The translations under genes and the position numbers were made by a program. The notes beneath the pieces were generated by a model that searched no databases, had not been told where the DNA came from, and was given only the letters and a program-made list of their open reading frames with translations. Below, in pieces: positions 29,355 through 33,676 of a stretch of DNA of 33,676 nucleotides. The DNA is taken from the IMG/VR virus record IMGVR_UViG_3300037010_001573, positions 128,001 through 161,676 of that record. One strand, 5' to 3'. The stretch is from a virus (lineage: Duplodnaviria; Heunggongvirae; Uroviricota; Caudoviricetes). The number at the start of each line of letters is the position of its first letter. The stretch's first letter is position 1.

Positions 29355-29492
29355 TTAATTTAATATTAGTTTTTGATTAAACACTTGACTTAATAATTCC
29401 CAAATACTAAATGTTATTAATTTATATGTTCCGAAGTCTATCTCATACCATATTAAACCGTCTTTACAGGTGTACTTTTTAATTGTTTTCAT
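29355..29492 (-). CDS. 45-aa hypothetical protein
   Basis: MKTIKKYTCKDGLIWYEIDFG...; A-rich leader. Confidence 0.6.
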   Translation of the reverse strand: MKTIKKYTCKDGLIWYEIDFGTYKLITFSIWELLSQVFNQKLILN

Positions 29493-29504
29493 TTTTGTTT
29501 GATT

Positions 29505-29681
29505 TTAAATTAAACTAACACATGCCAATCCATCTCTCGTTACTTTTATTTTGTGTTCACGTTCCAACTCACATAAGGCATTAAACGTATCTTCTGAAGG
29601 TATGTTTGTGTTAAAGATTTCATCGACACATATTGGTTTTGAAGATAGTGACTTTAAAATTTGTGCTTTAATTTCTTCCAT
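29505..29681 (-). CDS. 58-aa winged-helix-like protein
   Basis: MEEIKAQILKSLSSKPICVDEIFNTNIPSEDTFNALCELEREHKIKVTRDGLACVSLI follows the DprA_WH-like pattern. Confidence 0.55.
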   Translation of the reverse strand: MEEIKAQILKSLSSKPICVDEIFNTNIPSEDTFNALCELEREHKIKVTRDGLACVSLI

Positions 29682-29705
29682 GGTTGTAATTTTATATGTT
29701 GATTT

Positions 29706-29819
29706 TTAATTTCGTCCCCAACGTTTCATTGTATGTTTTTTCTCTGAATAATGGTTACAGGGATTAGAAGCACAGTTAATTAATAGTACACTAATTAAAA
29801 TTATGATAATTGTTTTCAT
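29706..29819 (-). CDS. 37-aa putative lipoprotein
   Basis: MKTIIIILISVLLINC signal followed by a short basic tail; promoter at 29844-29874. Confidence 0.6.
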   Translation of the reverse strand: MKTIIIILISVLLINCASNPCNHYSEKKHTMKRWGRN

Positions 29820-29843
29820 TTTTATATGTTTTAAATTATGCTA

Positions 29844-29874
29844 TAAAATTACGAAACGTAATTCGTGTATCCAA
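29844..29874 (-). promoter_or_regulatory. Early promoter
   Basis: TTGG-N15-TTCGTAATTTTA. Confidence 0.8.
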
Positions 29875-29875
29875 G

Positions 29876-30237
29876 TTATGGTAGGAATATTTTATATTCA
29901 TCCATCAAATCAGTTTGTTCATATTTAGCTACTTCAATTGACGAACAAGGGTAACCATGACCTGCTATTTCTATTTTATCAATACCCATTGGGTTTTCTC
30001 CCCCATTCCAATTTTCGGCCACATGTCTATTTCAACATACCCTACTTTAGTTCCTAAAGGTGAAAATTTAGATATATTAACGAACCATCTTGGATTATTA
30101 TCCCAATCATACCAAATGATATTATTAATATACCATTCATATTCTTGAGTATTTAATCCCAATTTTTATAAATGTTCAATCATATCTGTATTAAGATAAT
30201 CTAATTGGGTTTGTGTTGGTCTAAAATCTGAAGTCAT
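29876..30237 (-). pseudogene. Interrupted gene (in-frame TAA plus probable frameshift)
   Basis: ATG 30237 follows a promoter and hits TAA at 30166-30168. The frame continues as the 29971-30162 ORF, and a -1 frame then runs to TAA 29876. Confidence 0.55.
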
Positions 30238-30264
30238 GTCTTTATATTTTGAATTACTATGGTA

Positions 30265-30295
30265 TATAATTACGAATAATGTTTAGTGTAACCAA
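30265..30295 (-). promoter_or_regulatory. Early promoter
   Basis: TTGG-N15-TTCGTAATTATA. Confidence 0.75.
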
Positions 30296-30301
30296 GTTTT
30301 A

Positions 30302-30502
30302 TTATCGTTGTTTTTCAAACATTAATATTTGATTATTAACTATAAGATAATCAGGGATTGTATCGTTATTTAAGGTGAAATAAGGGTTGGTTGGTCTCTG
30401 TTTCTTTAGATGTCTAGATGGAGAACAAGAGGCCGATAAAACTGCTGCTCCTAAAATGATCAATATTAATACCCACCCGTAATCTTTATTTGTTTTTTTC
30501 AT
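30302..30502 (-). CDS. Small putative lipoprotein
   Basis: Basic N-terminus, hydrophobic core and LSASC lipobox. Confidence 0.7.
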   Translation of the reverse strand: MKKTNKDYGWVLILIILGAAVLSASCSPSRHLKKQRPTNPYFTLNNDTIPDYLIVNNQILMFEKQR

Positions 30503-30526
30503 AACCTTTATTGTTTTAATTTTATA

Positions 30527-30557
30527 TAAAATTACGAATAATGTTTCTAATAACCAA
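30527..30557 (-). promoter_or_regulatory. Early promoter
   Basis: TTGG-N15-TTCGTAATTTTA. Confidence 0.8.
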
Positions 30558-30560
30558 ACG

Positions 30561-30582
30561 AAAAGCGCTATAAAAGCGCTTT
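30561..30582 (-). terminator. Intrinsic terminator overlapping a stop codon
   Basis: AAAGCGCT-TTTAT-AGCGCTTTT. Confidence 0.65.
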
Positions 30583-30735
30583 AATTCGTTCAATTGTTTC
30601 ATCCGCTTCTTCTTCATCATTAACGGGAATTAATCTATTTTTTCCTAACACATACCACCCATCAAAACGTTTTTCTTTTCTTAATTCTCCACTTGTGTCG
30701 AATGATTCTCCATCACTAAATTTTAAAATACTCAT
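30568..30735 (-). CDS. 55-aa hypothetical protein
   Basis: MSILKFSDGESFDTSGELRKEKRFDGWYVLG...; has its own promoter and terminator. Confidence 0.7.
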   Translation of the reverse strand: MSILKFSDGESFDTSGELRKEKRFDGWYVLGKNRLIPVNDEEEADETIERIKALL

Positions 30736-30759
30736 CTTTATATGTTTTAAATTATGCTA

Positions 30760-30790
30760 TAAAATTACGAAACATAACTCATGTAACCAA
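30760..30790 (-). promoter_or_regulatory. Early promoter
   Basis: TTGG-N15-TTCGTAATTTTA. Confidence 0.8.
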
Positions 30791-30830
30791 GTTTTTCTAA
30801 ATTAATTTTAATAATTTACATTAATTTTTT

Positions 30831-30940
30831 GCGCGAGAATCTTGCGTTTAAACGATCGTCTTCTAACAGTCACCTTCGGCGGTTAGAAACCTATTTCAGG
30901 CAACCCTTCCTGAAATTTTTCTCTCATCACGCGCGCGGAA
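30831..30940. other. Hairpin cluster of the right GC-rich island
   Basis: Stems at 30831-30847, 30861-30888 and 30893-30916; CACGCGCGCG at 30928-30937. Confidence 0.65.
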
Positions 30941-30950
30941 TCTCTGGAAA

Positions 30951-31077
30951 CTAGAGGTCTAGAGGTCTAGGGGGCCTGGGGGGATCTAGAGGTCTAGAGG
31001 TCTAGGGGATCTAAGGGGCATAGAGGTCTAGAGGTCTAGGGGGCCTGGGGGATCTAGAGGTCTAGAGGTCTAGAGAT
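30951..31077 (+). repeat. Tandem array of ~15 CTAGAGGT-like 8-10-bp units with a 69-bp higher-order duplication
   Basis: Read directly: 11 CTAG and six G4-G6 runs. 30952-31005 matches 31021-31073 except for one G. Confidence 0.95.
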
Positions 31078-31106
31078 ATGAAGCCCATCTTATGCTAGCG
31101 AAATAG

Positions 31107-31131
31107 AAAAGCCTGTCATTTCTGACAGGCT
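31107..31131 (-). terminator. Intrinsic terminator
   Basis: AGCCTGTCA-GAAA-TGACAGGCT-TTT on the - strand. Confidence 0.8.
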
Positions 31132-31165
31132 AAACCAACAATTTAAAAAATATAATTACGAGAAA

Positions 31166-31450
<285 letters not shown>

Positions 31451-31486
31451 AATAAAAAATTTAATTGTTTATATTTTTCTTGGATA

Positions 31487-31517
31487 TAAAATTACGAATG
31501 ATATTTTAGGAAACCAA
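31487..31517 (-). promoter_or_regulatory. Early promoter
   Basis: TTGG-N15-TTCGTAATTTTA. Confidence 0.8.
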
Positions 31518-32111
31518 ACTTTCATTCAAAAAAAGTCTTTGATAATTGTATTCGGCAACTTTATTTTCAGTAATTAATTCGCCATAATTTTTTCTGATTA
31601 GAAGGAAAATACTAGATGGATCTTTATCCAACAAAAGAGCATCCCCTAGTAACACAGCAAATGAATTATTTGATTCGTCCACTTGACTTTGGTTGACCTT
31701 ATCTAGACCACAATAACTGGCTTCAGTAACTTCTGATACAAACATCCCAGTATAAAATCCCTTCAGTTTACATCTATTAACAAATTGATCTGCATTACAC
31801 CAGATAAAAATGTTATTGTCTTTCTTATCCAACTCCTCAACCATCCAAATATCTATGATGTAACTCCAGACTGGATCATCCCAATGGCCTTTTCTGATAG
31901 AAGAATCTATGTTAAATTTACCCATTGAGAAAAGACCATTTGGAGAACCATGTCCCATCATTATTACCTGGTCATGTGTTTTTATTAGTTCCCTGATTTC
32001 TTGCTTTCCCATACCCCCTGTTACTAGAGTAACATTTTCTAGTCTTGAGTATATCGGGCGTAAAAAATCAGTTGAGCGATCATCTGGGTGTATTACTAAT
32101 ATTTTGTGCAT
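31506..32111 (-). CDS. Putative clan CD (gingipain/caspase-fold) cysteine peptidase
   Basis: VIMMGHGS...IFIWCNA gives a His-Cys dyad, each residue following a hydrophobic strand. Confidence 0.5.
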   Translation of the reverse strand: MHKILVIHPDDRSTDFLRPIYSRLENVTLVTGGMGKQEIRELIKTHDQVIMMGHGSPNGLFSMGKFNIDSSIRKGHWDDPVWSYIIDIWMVEELDKKDNNIFIWCNADQFVNRCKLKGFYTGMFVSEVTEASYCGLDKVNQSQVDESNNSFAVLLGDALLLDKDPSSIFLLIRKNYGELITENKVAEYNYQRLFLNESLVS

Positions 32112-32135
32112 AATTATTTAGTTTTAAATGTTGTA

Positions 32136-32166
32136 TAAAGGTACGAAAAATTTCTGAGTATTCCAA
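32136..32166 (-). promoter_or_regulatory. Early promoter
   Basis: TTGG-N15-TTCGTACCTTTA. Confidence 0.8.
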
Positions 32167-32168
32167 GT

Positions 32169-32190
32169 AAAAAAGCACCCTAAGGTGCTT
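32169..32190 (-). terminator. Intrinsic terminator
   Basis: AAGCACC-TTAG-GGTGCTT-TTTT. Confidence 0.75.
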
Positions 32191-32213
32191 ATTTGTGAAC
32201 AGATGTCTTGGTG

Positions 32214-32369
32214 TTATTGAACAATGAAATCAACAGCTTCTTCACCAATACCAACTCCGTTCTTAGTGATCTCATAATTGGGGTCCATCCCAGAGATCAT
32301 AATATTTTCTATTAACTCATTAATTGAATTAAATTCTTTAGTGTAATAACTACAGTCTAAACTATACAT
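32214..32369 (-). CDS. 51-aa hypothetical protein
   Basis: MYSLDCSYYTKEFNSINELIENIMISGMDPNYEITKNG...; has its own promoter and terminator. Confidence 0.7.
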   Translation of the reverse strand: MYSLDCSYYTKEFNSINELIENIMISGMDPNYEITKNGVGIGEEAVDFIVQ

Positions 32370-32397
32370 AACCTTTATTTTTTAAATTAATATGCTA

Positions 32398-32428
32398 TAA
32401 AATTACGAAATGTAACTCGTGTAACCAA
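32398..32428 (-). promoter_or_regulatory. Early promoter
   Basis: TTGG-N15-TTCGTAATTTTA. Confidence 0.8.
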
Positions 32429-32429
32429 A

Positions 32430-32630
32430 TTACTCTGATAAAACAGTAGCTATTTCTTCTGCTTCTAAACCATCGACCCAATTCTCAAAATCGAGTTCCC
32501 CTTGCCCGTAATCATGGTTTACAAGTCTAGTTAGAAATTCTTTAAACAGTTTCTTAGTTGATTTAACGTCATAACCACACTCAATAGAGATGGCTATGAC
32601 GTGGTCTGGGATTTTAATTTTTACTTTCAT
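32430..32630 (-). CDS. Hypothetical protein (start revised to MKVKIKIP)
   Basis: ATG 32630 gives only a short overlap with the upstream gene. Confidence 0.65.
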   Translation of the reverse strand: MKVKIKIPDHVIAISIECGYDVKSTKKLFKEFLTRLVNHDYGQGELDFENWVDGLEAEEIATVLSE

Positions 32631-32934
32631 TTGTCTCTGGATTTTCTTTTTCCATATCTTTACTAAGTGATTGTAAAAAGGCAAGAACAACATCAGACAT
32701 TTTAGGTATTTCTTTATCTGAATTCAATGCTTCATTAGCCGCTGTAATCATCCTTTGTTCAATTTCATCTCCAACTGGAAGGTCAGATATTACTTTCAAA
32801 ATATGGTTAGCAACCATCATTTTAGTTATTTCACATTCAGTAGTAATTAATACTCCGCTTAAAATAGCTAGAGCTCCTGCTCTTTGTTTGCTTGATGCTA
32901 ACAAATAACTTAATAATTTTTCATTTGGTTCCAT
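32614..32934 (-). CDS. Hypothetical protein
   Basis: 106 aa, preceded by the shared 31-bp leader. Confidence 0.7.
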   Translation of the reverse strand: MEPNEKLLSYLLASSKQRAGALAILSGVLITTECEITKMMVANHILKVISDLPVGDEIEQRMITAANEALNSDKEIPKMSDVVLAFLQSLSKDMEKENPETNESKN

Positions 32935-32960
32935 TGTTTTATATGTTTTAAATTATGCTA

Positions 32961-32991
32961 TAAAATTAAAAAAAGGCTCACGATGAGCCTA
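32961..32991 (-). terminator. Terminator embedded in a variant early promoter
   Basis: AGGCTCA-TCG-TGAGCCT-TTTTTT; also reads TAGG-N15-TTTTTAATTTTA. Confidence 0.7.
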
Positions 32992-33010
32992 ATTTTTTCT
33001 AATAAAAATT

Positions 33011-33550
33011 TTATTGATTTTTAACCATTGTTAAACCTTCATTAATAGTATTACAAAGTTGATCAATGTATTCAAGTTGCTTTATTAAACGTGGTTTCTG
33101 GTTTAGAGGACAAATTTGATAACCCCTAAATACAAGATAATTATTCGATTTCTTAATTGGTTCTAATTTAACATCATGTTCCATCAATTCAAAATCGTTT
33201 TTTGATAATGCTGTGCCTTTAGATGTAATAAAATAATTATCACTACTTTCAACATATCTGGCTGTTGAAAATTTCCCTGATGTTTTATTTTTAAACCCCA
33301 TTACTGTTTGACTAATAGGACCTTCTTTCAAACAAAGGAGGGCGTCTTTTATTTCTTGATGATTCACAGTCTGACAGCCAAAATGGGTTGTGTAATATGG
33401 TTCTTTAGTAGAAACATTTATATAAAATGAGGTATATATGTTAACTCTATAATAATTAACAGTTAACCCATTTAATTCTAGTTTGGCGTTTGGTTTAGAA
33501 CCATCAAATGGAGCATCAAGCACAAAAATTTGTTTTGATTGTAATTTCAT
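33011..33550 (-). CDS. Hypothetical protein
   Basis: 179 aa; promoter at 33586-33616. Confidence 0.75.
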   Translation of the reverse strand: MKLQSKQIFVLDAPFDGSKPNAKLELNGLTVNYYRVNIYTSFYINVSTKEPYYTTHFGCQTVNHQEIKDALLCLKEGPISQTVMGFKNKTSGKFSTARYVESSDNYFITSKGTALSKNDFELMEHDVKLEPIKKSNNYLVFRGYQICPLNQKPRLIKQLEYIDQLCNTINEGLTMVKNQ

Positions 33551-33585
33551 AACTTTTATTTTAAATTGTTTATATTTCTTTAATA

Positions 33586-33616
33586 TAAAGATACGAATAA
33601 AAAAACTAATAACAAA
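33586..33616 (-). promoter_or_regulatory. Early promoter
   Basis: TTTG-N15-TTCGTATCTTTA. Confidence 0.75.
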
Positions 33617-33642
33617 AAAAAAAGACTCAATTTCTTGAGTCT
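33614..33642 (-). terminator. Intrinsic terminator
   Basis: AGACTCAA-GAAA-TTGAGTCT followed by a long T-tract. Confidence 0.8.
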
Positions 33643-33676
33643 CTTTAATTTGAATTAACCTAATTACCCTAATGAT

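Noticed and set aside
30166-30168. Stop-codon reassignment
   Set aside because: TAA ends most genes, TAG and TGA also act as stops, and long genes are intact under code 11.
30951-31077. CRISPR array
   Set aside because: The units are 8-10 bp and contiguous, with no unique spacers.
31150-31162. CTCGTAATTATA as another early promoter
   Set aside because: No TTGG box at the 15-nt spacing, and it leads directly into a terminator.

Overview
AT-rich segment of a large myovirus-type phage genome, probably infecting Bacteroidota. The host inference rests on A-rich leaders without Shine-Dalgarno motifs and on promoters resembling the Bacteroidetes -33/-7 consensus. Every credible gene is on the - strand, so the window reads from right to left. 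(i) 33676-29237: an early or host-takeover array of small ORFs, many in terminator-promoter-leader-ORF cassettes with a 31-bp TTGG-N15-TTCGTAnnTTTA promoter. (ii) Two GC-rich non-coding islands (~28880-29115 and ~30830-31105) that are imperfect inverted copies of each other and carry hairpins, a CTAGAGGT tandem array and nearby operator-like palindromes. (iii) A phage sigma factor followed by a contractile-tail baseplate module (gp5-like, gp25, gp6/J, DNRLRE protein, gp7-like giant, tail-collar-like paralogs), with genes preceded by a (A/G)TATTTATA late-type motif. (iv) GIY-YIG nuclease, primase and PD-(D/E)XK exonuclease. (v) Probable internal head proteins with L/I-x-E sites. (vi) A DEDDy exonuclease at the left edge. 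All protein calls come from motifs read by eye, with no database searches. The most unexplained structure is the inverted pair of GC-rich islands and the divergent promoter/operator arrangement beside the left one.
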